Below, piece after piece: positions 39,501 to 52,800 of a DNA stretch of 64,000 nt (position 1 is the first letter of the stretch; every line of letters starts with the position of its first letter). The DNA is from Bugula neritina (lineage: Eukaryota > Animalia > Bryozoa), in NCBI GenBank assembly GCA_964035545.1, contig OZ037766.1, positions 8,298,722 to 8,362,721 of the forward strand, written 5' to 3'. The notes under the pieces were generated by a model. It saw only the letters and a list, made by a program, of their open reading frames with translations, had not been told where the DNA came from and did not search any database. A program made the position numbers and the translations under genes.

Positions 39501-39553
39501 CCTTTAATGATCTTGAATAAATTAGAATATTTTGGAGTTGTTTTGAAAAACAT
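33501..39553 (-). CDS. IVD: Isovaleryl-CoA dehydrogenase, mitochondrial; about 12 exons
   Basis: Exons encode [166 protein letters not shown]. Confidence 0.96.
35042..35240 (+). mobile_element. tRNA-derived SINE, copy 1 (antisense in IVD intron)
   Basis: A-box-like gtggtctaggggttagagc and B-box gggttcgagtcc. Flanked by a direct repeat tataactgatagtagga (35025-35041 and 35241-35257). Homologous to the copy at 38742. Confidence 0.9.
35440..35960. repeat. Degenerate periodic tract inside an IVD intron (no annotated gene start)
   Basis: tagtagtaatagtacagtaat, tagttatagttatcatactattcatagt, ataatcataa: same style as the promoter-adjacent tracts but more degenerate. Confidence 0.6.
38597..38731. 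repeat. Imperfect ~135-bp inverted repeat (foldback) upstream of SINE copy 2
   Basis: ttttgatcaatattattattaaaacacaatcgtaa ... tttaaagata-gata-tatctttaaa ... ttacgattgtgttttagtaataataatattgatcaaaa. Confidence 0.9.
38742..38983 (+). mobile_element. tRNA-Thr(AGT)-derived SINE, copy 2 (antisense in IVD intron 1)
   Basis: gtggtctagggattagagcgtttgcctAGTaaacaagaag...gagttcgaaccc head. Shares aggaagagcatt.agtcataattgc and cacagggatggtga with copy 1, with an internal tail duplication. A 17-bp direct repeat tttaaagatagatatat occurs at 38651-38667 and 38984-39000. Confidence 0.88.
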
Positions 39554-39689
39554 ACTGAGTTTTAGTTTGAACTTTCTTTGCCAATGTAAATTTGAGTTTG
39601 AGTTTACAACGCCGATAGTTGGTTTTGTAATAAATAAATTTGAATAAATTAAAATTTTAAATAAAAAATGACCTCAAATTCAAATTGTG

Positions 39690-40050
39690 TTTTGACTTTT
39701 CCGGTTAAGCCTGAAATAGGCTTCAATTGCATATAATTATGAAAAATGAATGAAATAATATTGTTAACGCAAATGCTTAGTTTCAAGGATAATTTGGAAA
39801 GTTTGACAGTTAAAATTGTCTACAGCTGTCAACCAACTTCTTATTCATTAATAAAATTATGCTGTAAACTCTCCAAGAGCAAGCAAACGGAAAACACGTA
39901 ACTAAGTAATATATTGTGGTCGCTAAAGTTGTATCATGAGAACGAGGCCCTAGGGTGCACCTTAGTTATCATTTTTCAACTATCGGGGAATAACCATAAG
40001 CAAACGTAAAAGTGTCTTTGTTGCAATACACTTCAACTACGCTCAATCAT
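39690..40050. promoter_or_regulatory. Putative bidirectional promoter core between IVD (-) and ZFYVE28 (+)
   Basis: Lies between divergent genes and is CpG-retaining (ttccgg, aacggaaaacacgtaa, gtcgct, aacgagg). Position is inferred. Confidence 0.5.
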
Positions 40051-40059
40051 TCTGTAATG

Positions 40060-41500
40060 GTAATAGAATAGTAATAATGTAAATATGAATTATTATTATA
40101 ACCATCATTATAATTATTTTGATGCTTCCCTGTTTGGCATTTATACTTATGTTTTTATTATATTTATTATTTGTTTATATTTATTATTTGATTTAATTCA
40201 TATTGTATCAAGTTTACAATTCTTAAGCATAGTAATCAGTAATGTTAATTAAAATTATTAATCATTTAATGATTTAATCATATTCATATTGATATTGATA
40301 TGGAATTTTGATATTCAATATTAACATTATTATTCATATTCATATTGATGATCATATTCATAATGATTAATGATATTCATATTGTAATTCAAATTGATAT
40401 TCAATATTCGTATTCTGCTAATTACTTAAACTTAAAATTATTATTCATATTCATATTGATATACTTATACTTATAGTATTAGTTATACTTATACTTATAG
40501 TGATGTTGATATTCATATTCATTAATTTCATATTGACTAATAAAGTTCTATTTCCGTCTTTTACTTTTAGTTTTAGTAGTAATAGTACTACTAGTAGTAG
40601 TACTACTACTACTACTACTACTACTAGTACTAGTACTAGTAGTACTACTAAAAATACTCATACTCATACTAATAGACTTAGACTTAGAGTGATGCACTGA
40701 TAGTGATCCTGATGGAGTGATAGTCATAGTGGTTCTATTTATTATATCAATATTTTTTTAGTTATTACTTTAACTTGTGATTTTTATTATTATTAATATT
40801 AATAGTAATACAGTAATTGTATTTGTATTAGTAATGCTAATTGTAATATAGTTATAGTTATATTTATAGTTAGTGATAGTTATTACTTATACTTATAGTT
40901 AGTAACTTCTTGGTTATTACTTAATTTTTCATTCTGTTTTATAGTTTTAATATAATAATATACGTAGTTATAGTATAATTATAAGTTTAATTAGTAACTA
41001 AAAAGGTAATTCAAATTGAAATAAATGTATTATAGTATAGTATAATTATCAAGTATACTATTATTTATTTATTATTGTAATTTGAATCCATGAAAATAAA
41101 AAGTTTTTATTTTTTTAAATTTTAGAGTTATCAAATAATAAAGCATCAACACTTAACAGTTACACTAATCACTACCAGTGAGCAGTATGAGTGACTGCAC
41201 AAACTCGATGTAAAAACTTAACTAAAGTTACTTTAGTAGAGGCAGTAGCTGCACTTCTGTTACTAGTACTAGTAATAAGGCTAGTTATGTTGGCAGTAGT
41301 AATGACAATGTTGTAATAGTAGTAGCAGTAGCAGTGGTAGTCCTGCAAGGTTTATTGGTAGTCGCGGTATTACTAATAGCAGAACTAACAGTAGCCCATC
41401 ATTCACACCATCTTTATGATCAACTATTATCATAATCATCATCAAGCAATTTTAAAGTAAATATAAGATGACCGTAGTAATCAAATTCAATGTTCAATAA
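40060..41500. repeat. Degenerate periodic tract incl. (TAS)n run
   Basis: atattcatattgatattgatat, atacttatacttatagt, tagtactactagtagtagtactactactactactactactagtactagtactagtagtactact (~40584-40649), gtgatagtcatagt. Confidence 0.85.
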
Positions 41501-41887
41501 ATTTTAAGATTAAATAAGGAGTTTAATAATGTGACTATTATTATAATCATGTTTTGCTAAGATAGAAGGGAAAGGCAGTGAGTTAGACTTGGTTTATAGA
41601 CTTGGTTTATACTTTAAAGATTCTCATTCATTTATTGCTATGTTTATAATTATAATATATTTTGGTTGTTTGTTTGGGTAAAGTTTTGAATAAGGGTGAA
41701 ACTAGCCTATCCACAGAACACTGAGGCTAAGAATGATTGAAACAGTTTAAATTTGATATGCTGAATCTAAAAGTTGAAATAAAATATATTTAGTAGTATA
41801 AGCATTTATTATAATTATAGTAGAAATATAATTTAAGATTGATGACACATCATCAAATTTAGAGGTTTAAAGAAATCTAGCATCAAC

Positions 41888-44800
41888 ATGTTAGGTTTGA
41901 GAAGGAGATTACTTCAAGTTCATGGTAAACCTCAGGTAAATATTATCTCTTATTATGACTTGACGTCGTGTTTGACCTATCAATTGGTAACTAATATATT
42001 TAATGTTTGCAGTATACAGGGCTGGATCCAGGTCCCTTTGACTTGAATTTTCTTTACTTGCGAAAATAATTGACTTGGCTCAACTTGACTTGAAGTTTTC
42101 AAGTCATTTTATATATAATGACTCAAGCCATTAATTAATTGGTTTGACTTGATAGGTTGCTGACTAGAATATGCATTTAGTTGACTTGTTTGCTTGATTT
42201 GCTTTGCCCCTGACTTGACCTATTGTGACTTCAACTTAGCTCTGCTATTGTAATAACATTTATACTAATTTCCTAACAGTTACTGTTGGTTTTTTTGAAG
42301 TAAATTTTGTTTGTCAAGTAATAACTTGAATCAACATGTATGATTCATCATGCAATGCATTGAAACTATAATGAAGTGTTAATATGCTCACTACAACATG
42401 CATAGAGCCATTGTGTCCCTAAATACTATTGTTATGAAGAGTTGAGAAATCTTACAGATATTACAGTAGTTTTCCAGTTGCACTAAAAAGTATATGCAAA
42501 TTTAAAGAATCTTTTGTGTTTCGATTCTAACAATAGATATTTTCTAAAGGCTGTAAATTTCAGAAATAACTTTTGAAAAGCTTTATGTTTAATGACTAAA
42601 CAACTATTTAAAAATTACGTGAAATCTTTATAAGTTAAGTTCTTATTTTAAAAACTTATTCTATGGTTTAGAACCACAACATGATACAAACATCATTTCT
42701 CAACATAAGGTAAAAAATTTGAAAAACCATTTAATGTCACCATAATGATGTCTTTTTATAAGTGTTGATTTCTTACATGCTGTAAAATATACTTCTTTAT
42801 TTTTGTAGAAATCTGACACGTCTCTGTTAGCTCAATTTTACTATGCAGATGTTGAGTTGTGCACAGTGGCTGCTGAATTAGATAGCTTTGATGGAAGAAA
42901 AAACCCAGCCAGATGTGCTGCTCTGGTGGCTCAATTGCGACAGGTTGTATTTCTAATCTGTAACTCTTGATATCTATAAGCTATCTATATATCTATAAGC
43001 TACCTATATGTGTAAGCTATCTATATGTGTAAGCTATTTATATGTTTAAGTTATATCTATGTGTATAAGCTCTATTTCTGGCTTTTATGAAATTTTGTGT
43101 TAGTGTGCTATAATTTTGAATTATGATTGAAGTTTGTTGACATATAATTTTTTTGACTGTTTTCTGTTTGGTCCAGTGTCAAGATAAAGTGCTGAAGCTT
43201 ATGCAATCAATGATGGATGATGTAATAAAAGATGAACGAGCTTCCAGAGATTTTAGAGTTAAATATCCAGAAGATTTAATACAGGATGGACTTGCTGGAC
43301 AACTCTGGTTTGGGGCAGAGGTTGGTTTTGGTCTTTTGACAAGCAAGTAAAACTATAGTTGTCATTCAAAGTATTGTATGCTGCTGTAGCTAAAAGCGAT
43401 TTTGGATTTAACAGTAGAACTCTGCATAAAACAGCGTTTAAGTAACATCATTATTTTATTGGTAGGTAAACTAGTAAAAGTTAGTATAAAAAATATGCAA
43501 ATCGAAATATATCTTAGCATTTTTTTTAAACTTTAAGAATGTATGGCTGATTGTACGTAGGTATCCTTAATAAGTTGATGTGTTGTGCATAAAAATATCA
43601 AAATAATAGGCCAACTTAAAATGTTGTTCGGGGAATATAATTATCATACTTGTATTTATATTGATAACAATGTATGAGCAAAACGTTCACATTCTACTGT
43701 TGATATCACAGTAATCATTTGGTAAAATAATTGATGAAAATGTGTCAATTTTAAGTGAAAGTGAAAACTTTAGCATATATGAAATTTGGATTAACAATTG
43801 ATTATAGTGGTGTGTTTGCAGAATAATAACTTGCCAACTACAGCATTATAATCACCTATACAAATAGTGCGACCCAATACTTGCATCACGGTTTCAAAAG
43901 ACAATGTCAGTTCATTTATCACTTTTTAGATATAGAATAGTTTATATTTTATTGAAATGGTAGACTAAAATGGTCATGTTTATTCAATATTGTTTTCCCA
44001 TCATCAATGTCAGGTGCAAGTTACGATACCTTGTTAATATTACTGTGTTAGTATGTACACACATACATTAATATATGTACCGTCACTCATGTTTTGAAAC
44101 TATTTCTACTAAATTTCAAATTCTTTTGCGTAGGTATACATGTACATATAAGGACAGTGACATAACAAGTTTACTTCATAATTAACAATCAAGCAATGAA
44201 GAAAGTTGCTGAAAGATTCATTTTTAGTATTGTTTTCATATATATTTTTGTCAAACAGCTAGAGATTGTATAGTTTACAATAAATATCTATTTATTGTAA
44301 ATTTTAATCACCATATGCCAAATTTGTTGATAATTAAATTTTTGACCTAATATTTTGAAAACAAGACATCTCATATACAATGTGATATTTCAGTGTCTTG
44401 CTGCTGGGTCAAGTATTCTAAATCGTGAAATAGAAAGCGAAAGCATGCGGCCAATGGCAAAGAGTCTAACAAAGCAACTTGATTTGCTCAGACAACTTTT
44501 GCGAGACCAAAGTATCAGAGACCCACTTAGTTTTCCAGATAAAATCAAAACAGCTTTTGTTAAGTTTGACCAAACTTTTGCTGACTTTGAGTTGAGGTGA
44601 GTGCTTTATACTGCATGCGTAAGTTTATGTGTGTACACTACATATTTTTAAAAAAAAACTTAGATCTTTTTTATTTCATTTTAATTCCGTTAGTCCTGAT
44701 CTTAAAGATGTTTTAATGCCAGGGTAGTAGTAATTGACATAAAAAATATAATCATATCCAAGTTGTAATAGTTTTACATATCAAATTTGTCGTAGTAAAA

Positions 44801-47800
44801 CCTTACGTCATTCTTTGTGCCATTTTAGTAATATGATATGCTGTTTTGTGGATCTTCTGTAAAGCTGTTTATGATTTGTCACTTTACTTCTTAGAAGTTA
44901 CTGCATTTTGCTAGCATTCCTTTGTTTGCTATACTTTGCAATGCATATAATGATTCAATGCAGTGTCACGCCCAAAAAAAACCTCTGATTCTTTTTAACT
45001 CCTAAAAAATGTCATTAAAAGAAGCCAATCTGATGGATTTTGTACTAATATTAATAAGTTTTTATGGTAATCAATTAATTCCTTTAATATACACATATAT
45101 GCTATTTTCTAGTTTCTAAACAATTGCCGTTTATAATTCTCAATGGCAACTGAGAATAATAAGATTTCAGTGTCTTATCTCTTGCTATAAATTACAAGTT
45201 TACTTATTTCCTGGTGTGATTTCACTCACTTACTAGCCTTCTATTATTAGCAGAATGTTTCAAAATAATATAATAAATGAGCTATTTATAATCATTGCAG
45301 CTATGTGAGTGCCATGGTGCCTGTGAAGACCATGAAAGAGTATGACATGTCTCAGGAAGTCACTGTTCTGTTTAGTGAGACAGTTCATAGGTATTTCAAT
45401 ATCACATTTCAATGTCATTGTTATTATTAGTAGCAGTTTCAGTGATCCGAATAGAGTAGGTGCATTCATACTGGTGGCTTAAAGTAACAGCAGGAGCAGT
45501 TGCAGTAAGTGTATGATGGCAGGGATAACATTAACTGCGCAACAACTGCAGTGTTGGCTGTATTTGTTGTAGGATATATTTATAATACTTATGGGATTTA
45601 ATAGATACATACAGAGGTGTCTAGTCTTTCATTATAACTCTTTGTCATAATTATATTTTGATGAATGTCATACATACCAGTTTGTGAGTGTGAATTAATT
45701 ATCATGTTGCACGTAGATATTGTATGCATATTCTATACAACATGCAGAGCCCTTGGACATGGACTCATAACTAGCGATATGTTGGAGTACTATGACCCTG
45801 TGCTCATGTTCACCATACCTAGACTCGCTATTGTCACGGGACTCGTTATATACCCAAAGGGTCCGTTAAACCCGGAGAGGAAATCAGCAGACATGTCTGA
45901 GATGTTTCGGCCCTTTCAGAGTCTTCTGAAAAGAATCAGGTACTCATAGAAAAGAATACATCAGTGCTTTGAGTGGGACTTTGTAACCACACTTGTTTAG
46001 TCTGGGATATGTTTATACCGATTCTGGTGATTGAGACAGTACAATATTATAGTATATTTTAATCATCATATTAATTTATATTTCTACTTTTATTTATCTG
46101 TAATTGTCAACCTTTGTGGCTAGTAATAAATCATTTTTGATTAGACTTACGTCAATGCCCTCCTTAAAAGTGTCGTGATAGCACAACAGTAACTTTTAGA
46201 TTTTTTTATATTAGGTAAATAATATAGTGAATTGCCTATAATATGATCGAAGCTGGTTTTGGTAGCAGGTTTAACTTTATCTCTTGTATATTCTCATTGA
46301 TTTCTCAATAGGGAGCTCCTGTGGTCCTTACGGCACGAAGAACTGAAGTATCTTGAGAGATATCTCTGTAATCTGGAAGAATTTCCTGAAAAGCAATCTC
46401 AAATATCTGTCAATACAGAATGTGTTGTCGAGCATCACAAAACTGAAAACAAACCTTGTCAGTCTGTTCAACACCAGTTTGAGATGCCCAGTCCGGCTTC
46501 AACTAGTTTGTTTAATGACATCTCCAATCTCAATGATCTTCCTTTAAATCAAATTTCAAATGCAAATGTAGTAACTGGTAGGAGTAGCATTGACTCTACC
46601 GTTCTAGACATCAGTGTCCCTCAGGATAATCAAAGCAATGGTCAGCTGGGTGATGAACCACCTTCTACTCACAGTGACCACCAAGAAGCTGGTGCATTCA
46701 CAGTTTCACCTAATAGTCCTCTCAACGATGTTACCAGATCTCCACCTTCCGCTGTAATAATCAATGACCCAGAGTCCGGCGTGGCTAGACTAAGGATAGT
46801 TGACTCGACGCAAGCTCCAGTTACATATGATGCCGAAGCAGTGGCAGCAGAGAGCAATGTTGAGTTGGTCAGCTTTTCAGACTCAAAACATGACTCACAT
46901 CAGACTCATCAGTCAGAGTTTGCGTTTAACTTACCCAACTCTAATCAACATAGCGGCGTAGATGATGCTGAGGTCTCTATGGCAGCATCAGTGGAGACGC
47001 TAGCATCTGGTAATACAGAAAGTAGTGTGGGAGGTAGAGCGCCGGGCTGTGTCACTCTCCATAGGGCCATATCACAAGAGCCTGGCACGGCCAACACTCC
47101 ACTGTTAGGTGAAGAAGTTAATCAGCATTACTCAGATTCTTCATCTGATTCGTCGGGTATGACTCCAGGGTATTTAAGTGACATGGACTCCTCGTCTAGT
47201 TCTGATGAATTTGAAGGTCAAGGTGACGGTCAACGGCGGCAAGCGTTTAGAAAACTCATCAATACTAAATCAGAGAATTTAAAGAAACCTCATAAAAACA
47301 CGGAAGAACTAATCCAACGACTATTCGTCTGTATATCAGGTAGTACTGTGGTATTTTTTTTATCTAGATTATGTTTCTAATTTTTATGACTTTTTTGTGA
47401 ACTTGCAAATTTTCATGACTGCTTTAAATGCATTATTTTTGTCATTCGCTAATATTTACTTTAGGTGTGGCTGATCAATTGCAATCAAACTTTGCATGTG
47501 ATTTGAGAAACATCCTCAAATGTGTATTCGAGTTGCATAATAGTGATCCAGATCTTGCTTTGTCATCTGATAAACAAAAACTTCCTACCATAACAACTTT
47601 ACCTCAAGGTAAACTAATATATTTCTGTTAGCAATGACTTAGCTCAAAATTTATAATTTTGTAATGTTTTACATATCAAACTCTTTGCTCGATTTTTATT
47701 ATCAACATTTTCAAATTGAATTTGGTTTGTTAAGATTGTTTATACTTTGTTGCATTTTTTTGATATTATATTTTTTCAAAATTTTTATATTTAGCTCCAC

Positions 47801-48839
47801 CGACATGGATTCCTGATTCTGAGATGGATAACTGCTGCTCGTGCAAGCTTCCTTTCACCATCCTTCGTAGGAGACATCACTGTAGAAATTGTGGACTTGT
47901 AAGTATTAATTTACTTTCTAGTGTGTTTTTATGTTTAGGGCTTATCTTCTCTGTGAGTCTTTACAACTCAGGAGGCTTCAGCAGATAAATCTTGTCTATC
48001 TTTGAGTTTGATAGAGTTATATGTAAAGTCTTGTGTTATATAATAGGTGAGATAACTCTAACTAACATGTAACTCATGTAGTTATGACTTTTAACTCATC
48101 GTTGAAGTTACGATAAAATCTGTTGGTTTCATGTTATGTTTTTTTAGATTATCTTTAATCTCAAACTATGACTTTTTGTTTCAATTATTTTTACGTTATA
48201 AAATTAAAGTTGGTTATTCAAAATTTATATTAGCTTCTAGTTTAAACTGTTGGAATAATATCGATTGGCATAGCTAATAATTTTATAATGATATACATAA
48301 TAATACTATAATATACTATTTAAATATTTATTGATTTCAAATGTAATAGTTTAAGTTCTAAGAAATTCCTGTTTTGTAATATAAGTCATCTTCTGTTTTT
48401 TAAACTTCAAAAGTAAAATGTGGTTTTGAACATTATTTTTAGCAAAAGCTATATTTTCAATTAATTTTTTTATTAGATCAACTTTTTATGAATTATTTGT
48501 ATATAAAGAGTTGTCCTAGTTAATGCTAGAGGAAGTGAAGTTTTTTTCCTTTTGAACATATAGTGACACAGTCAGCATCACTATGCATCTATTTATTAGT
48601 GGATTTTAATATATGTATTCCTATTTTTACAACTTATTTCACATGTGTGTAATCATTTTATGTCTTTTTTATAGATATTTTGTGGGAGATGTACAGCTAA
48701 CACCGCCCCACTACCACATATCGGTTACAATCATGCAGTGAGAATTTGTAACAAGTGTTACGTTTATCGAGTAAATCCCTTCTTTATGGACACTGGTGAA
48801 GAACCATACAATTCTACCACTAGTCGAGTACATTCCTAA
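41888..48839 (+). CDS. ZFYVE28: Lateral signaling target protein 2 homologue (FYVE domain)
   Basis: Exons give [46 protein letters not shown]....[85 protein letters not shown], and FYVE WIPD..CCSC...F...[16 protein letters not shown]...VRICNKC. Stop TAA at 48837-48839. Confidence 0.95.
42017..42244. mobile_element. Possible decayed MITE with multiple TTGACTT subterminal-type motifs
   Basis: About 8 (T)GACTT motifs; weak ends CAGGGCTG / TAGCTCTG; no convincing TSD. Confidence 0.35.
42971..43075. repeat. ~17-bp tandem repeat (taagctatctatatgtg), about 5-6 copies, in ZFYVE28 intron
   Basis: Directly visible repeated taagctat.tatat units. Confidence 0.85.
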
Positions 48840-49642
48840 GCACACAAGTTTTCTGCATTCAAATATCTATTATAATGCTGCATTATTTAATTGGTTTTTA
48901 AGCTACACAATTTTTTTATAATCAGTGATTAACCAGCATATATGTTACTTTCTTATAACTAAGAAGTTAGTGTAGAGTGTTGAAGGTGTAGTATTTGTCA
49001 TGCTACTTAAAACCACTTAAACTATGAGACTTGAGTGACATTTGTTACCAAATACCTATATTGGTGACTTTAGATTTAAAATATTAATTTTATCTCATTA
49101 TAATTGTGGCCATCTTTTAAACTATTCATTTTACCAAATGAAATACTTTGACATTAGTTGTTATGGATGCAATTATCATATACAGAATAATTCCAAACTT
49201 GCACAGGCTTTGTAGTCTTCAACGAAGGAGAATATTTTTTTAATTAGTTATTTTGTACCATCATTTATTTCTATAAACATGCTTATGTATTTAAACATTG
49301 CTGCTTGCATTTAAACTTGATATTAAATATGCTAGTGTTTTTTCCTGTACTTTTTTACCATTTTTGTAATAATGTTCATAATTTTTTATTTTCAAAACTG
49401 ATTGATGGTTTGTGAACCTGTCATTTAAAGTGTAGCGATTTATTATGCGAAGCATTTGTATAATTTCTAAAGAAGCATACTGAGTATTGGAAACTAATAA
49501 ATTTATTTAAAAAAACATTAAGACTAAGAAAACTATGAAGTGAGAGAAAAGAGCAAAAGTATCAAAATGAAACAGTGGCACTAAAGTAATGTGCCAGATT
49601 TGGCTATTTTATAAAATGTCTCAAATCTAACACCCCTCTAGG

Positions 49643-52600
49643 CAGGGATGTAGTGGTACCCATACGGTCCCATACGCCGTATGGCCTAGAAGAAAATAGA
49701 CTGTTCTTGGCCATACGCCCGTATGGGCATATATTTTTTGAAAGTGTTAGTGATTAGTGCACAGGATAGTTAGGGCATCCTCACTGAGAATATCATAAAT
49801 TTCGCTCACAATCTAGCTTAAGTTCTTGTTATGTTAATGCTATGTGGGTGGCATGCGTGTTGCCTACTTGTGATTGTTTAGCCTGAGATTACACTATGAA
49901 TACTATGCAGCTATCAACATTGCATCTTCTTATCTCGACGTGTTCACTGAAGCGCGAAGTGCTGTGCATTGGTGATTACTAAGGAAAAAATCTTTGATTT
50001 TCAGTGTATAAATCACTAACTTGTAGAAAATCTATGAAGGCTATTGAAAAGATTGAACAAAAAATTTACCATGCATAAATTTCTCAGGTTTCCGACAGTG
50101 TTTGTTCTATTCGAATACCATGCTTTCCTGCTGAGATATTTGGCAGGGATTGAAAAATAAATTTTTCAGGTAAAATTGGCCAAAAATGGGTAGATTTTTG
50201 TCGATAACTTTGCAAAAAAATATTGAAAACTCAAAAAAGCAGGTGCGCTCTGAGGAACAGGAAGATCTAAAACATGGTTTTTAAATTTTAATTCTAGCAC
50301 AATTAAGTGAGGTTTTATTTGGCAGGACTGAATTCTTATAATATACCAATAATGTGGCCTCAGCAAGGCACTGACAGCTAGAAGGTGGCCCTTATCTATC
50401 TTGTGTGAGCTTACATTTTGTCAATAAGCAATGGAATTTGGAAAAAACCAACATGAAATCCAGAAATAAAATCAAAATGTCTTCAAGAAACAGTACCAGG
50501 TGTGTAGGGGAGGCTAATGAAAATTTATCACTGAGGTCTACAGGTACTATATCCACATTTTTGTCAAAAACCTAGCATTATTGCATGTTAATTATCAATG
50601 CAATAAGGTTTTGCAAACTGTACACCACCATAAGTAACCTTTTATGTTTGATTGTACTAACGTCTGGCTTTACATTTAATCATCTTGTAGGTTAACACAT
50701 ATTAAACCTGTCAAATTTGTTCTTGTGGAGTAAATTTCCTTGATGTATTTAGTGGAAGCTCAGGGGGGAGGTTTATTTTAAAACCAAGTTAACATACTCT
50801 TCTTGGGTGTGCTTTATTGTGTGTAAGGAGGTGTGGCGGTAGGGGTAACGGGGGCACAACGATCATAGGGGTACAAAAAGCCGGCCAAATTGTGCGAGAA
50901 CTTATTATTGACCTAGAGTTGTGATTTTTTTTTCATAAAAAGATATTGACATAATTATTCAGCCTTTGTAGTTTCAACACTTGCGGAACATACGTGTTGG
51001 AAAGGCGAGTAAAAAACTGTTTTTACCTACTTTTTGTAAATTTTTTAGGATGTCGTTAAAGCTTTATAACTTTTTACACTCAAAGGCAAGAAGCCTAGAT
51101 TTTACTAATATTGTTGCCATTGCTTGTCTCTACATTTCTTAACTAGTATAACAGCCAACACTGAAATAAATTTTCATTGACGCACATTTATTTTCAATTT
51201 GGCCACACGGGGCACAATGGGCCACGCTGACCGGGGCACAATGGGCCACCTGATTATTGCACCCTGATCACTGTTATTAGTTTGTTTGCCAAAAAGGTTC
51301 GTTGAAATGTTACTAAAATCTATAGATATAGCCATTTCTGACCTTTTTGTAAAATATCAAAGACATCATGGTAAGACTACAAAACTACAAGTTGAAGCTC
51401 CCCTAATATATATATATATCTGGTGAGGTTAAAGCTTTGCCATTTTATACATAATACGAAACACTCTGCTGTTACTACTAGTAGATAGTCATGATAATCA
51501 TTATATATTACACCATTGAGAGAATATACATGTATTTGACTAAAATAAATTGTGATTTGCTCATTTGCTCCCCCCTCTCCCTTCCGTACTCCAGTCACAA
51601 ACCTCAGCCATGCATGCACCTTAGCTACAGTTCATAGAAAAAAGTCCACTCGGAATTTTATAGTACATGTTACTAAAGTTTTTTCTGATGAAAGTTCCTG
51701 TGAAGTGAAAATAGAAAAAAACATTTTTAGTTCTAAACAGTAATGAAACTGGTACCGTAGAAATGAGTGATGTGCGCTTGATTTTGTCTCCCCTTGTTAT
51801 CTGTGGTGGTACAAACTGTACAGCTAAAACATGAATTTTGCTGTAGATCTGAAAGAGTATCTTTATTTATTTGTAATATTAAATAAATAAAGATCAGATG
51901 TAACAAAATACGCAAAATTTCAATATATTTGTTGTGTCCCACCCAGCGTCCCATTGTACCCGGTACCGGAGCACAATGGGCCAATTTTTTCGTCATGAAA
52001 ATTTCATTATTCTGAAAGTTGTGAGAGAGATAGAAACAACAAACTGGTACCTGTAATAGACAACAGATGCAGCATTAAGACTAGAGATTATTGAACTATT
52101 AATTTGAAAAACAGACTGATGGGAGCAACAAATGCAAAATTCGGCCCGTTGTGCCCCCCCCCCCCATTACCCCTATCACCTTATGAATTAGACTAGTACT
52201 CTAATAAACTCCAAATAGGTTTTCAACCAATTTCTGCTTGCCAATGAGTTATCAACTCAAATTGCTCTTTATAATTAACCAACACACATTTTCTGATTAG
52301 CAATCTTCCTCTGTTCTGATCTATTATTCTTTTTCTGTGCACGGCACTGTATTAGTTATTTAAAGTAATCAGGTTGCATTTGGAGAGCACTTGTTACCTG
52401 CCTCTATCCTTCCATCTTTTTGAGATATTCAGCAATTTTTCTGTACAGGTTGGACTAAGTGTCAGAATAAACCTAACTGCAGTTGAGTAAGACTACATTA
52501 CATTACATTACAGTCAACAGGTATAGGACAAGACTGAATATTTATATAGTTTGCAGCAATGCCCAGTCGTCATGTAGCTGGTATGGTATGAAAATAATAG

Positions 52601-52800
52601 CGAGGTGCACATTTCAACACAAATTTTTTTCAGAAGAATTATAATTCGCAATGGCTTTAAATTGCATAAATTTGCATCAGAAGTGCTCTGAGGGCCTCGG
52701 CGGCCGGGGCGCTGCCCCGGACCCCGCCGGGGGCCTAGGCGGCCCCCTGGACCCCCGGCCTGAGAGTATGGCCAAGAATATTTTTACCACTACATCCCTG
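49643..52800. mobile_element. Non-autonomous hAT-type DNA transposon (3158 bp including nested insert)
   Basis: Perfect 16-bp TIRs cagggatgtagtggta (49643-49658) / taccactacatccctg (52785-52800). Perfect 8-bp TSD cctctagg (49635-49642, 52801-52808). Subterminal ccatac/gtatgg repeats. No transposase ORF. Confidence 0.93.
50842..52173. mobile_element. Nested non-autonomous Tc1/mariner-superfamily (pogo-like) element with TA TSD
   Basis: TA-ggggtaacgggggcacaacg ... cgttgtg(c)12attacccc-TA. Internal repeats ggggcacaatgggccac x2 (~51209-51250) and ccattgtacccggtaccggagcacaatgggcc (~51951-51982). Confidence 0.85.

Noticed and set aside
40500-40700. 66-aa Ser/Thr-rich ORF
   Set aside because: It is a translation of the (TAS)n periodic tract, with no coding evidence.
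43561-43570. GTATCCTT U12-type 5' splice-site look-alikes (also ~53244)
   Set aside because: Neither is at a required exon boundary; the flanking exons join with ordinary GT-AG sites.
50166-51996. Short ORFs inside the transposons as transposase
   Set aside because: No DDE, BED-finger or hAT dimerisation motifs are recognisable.
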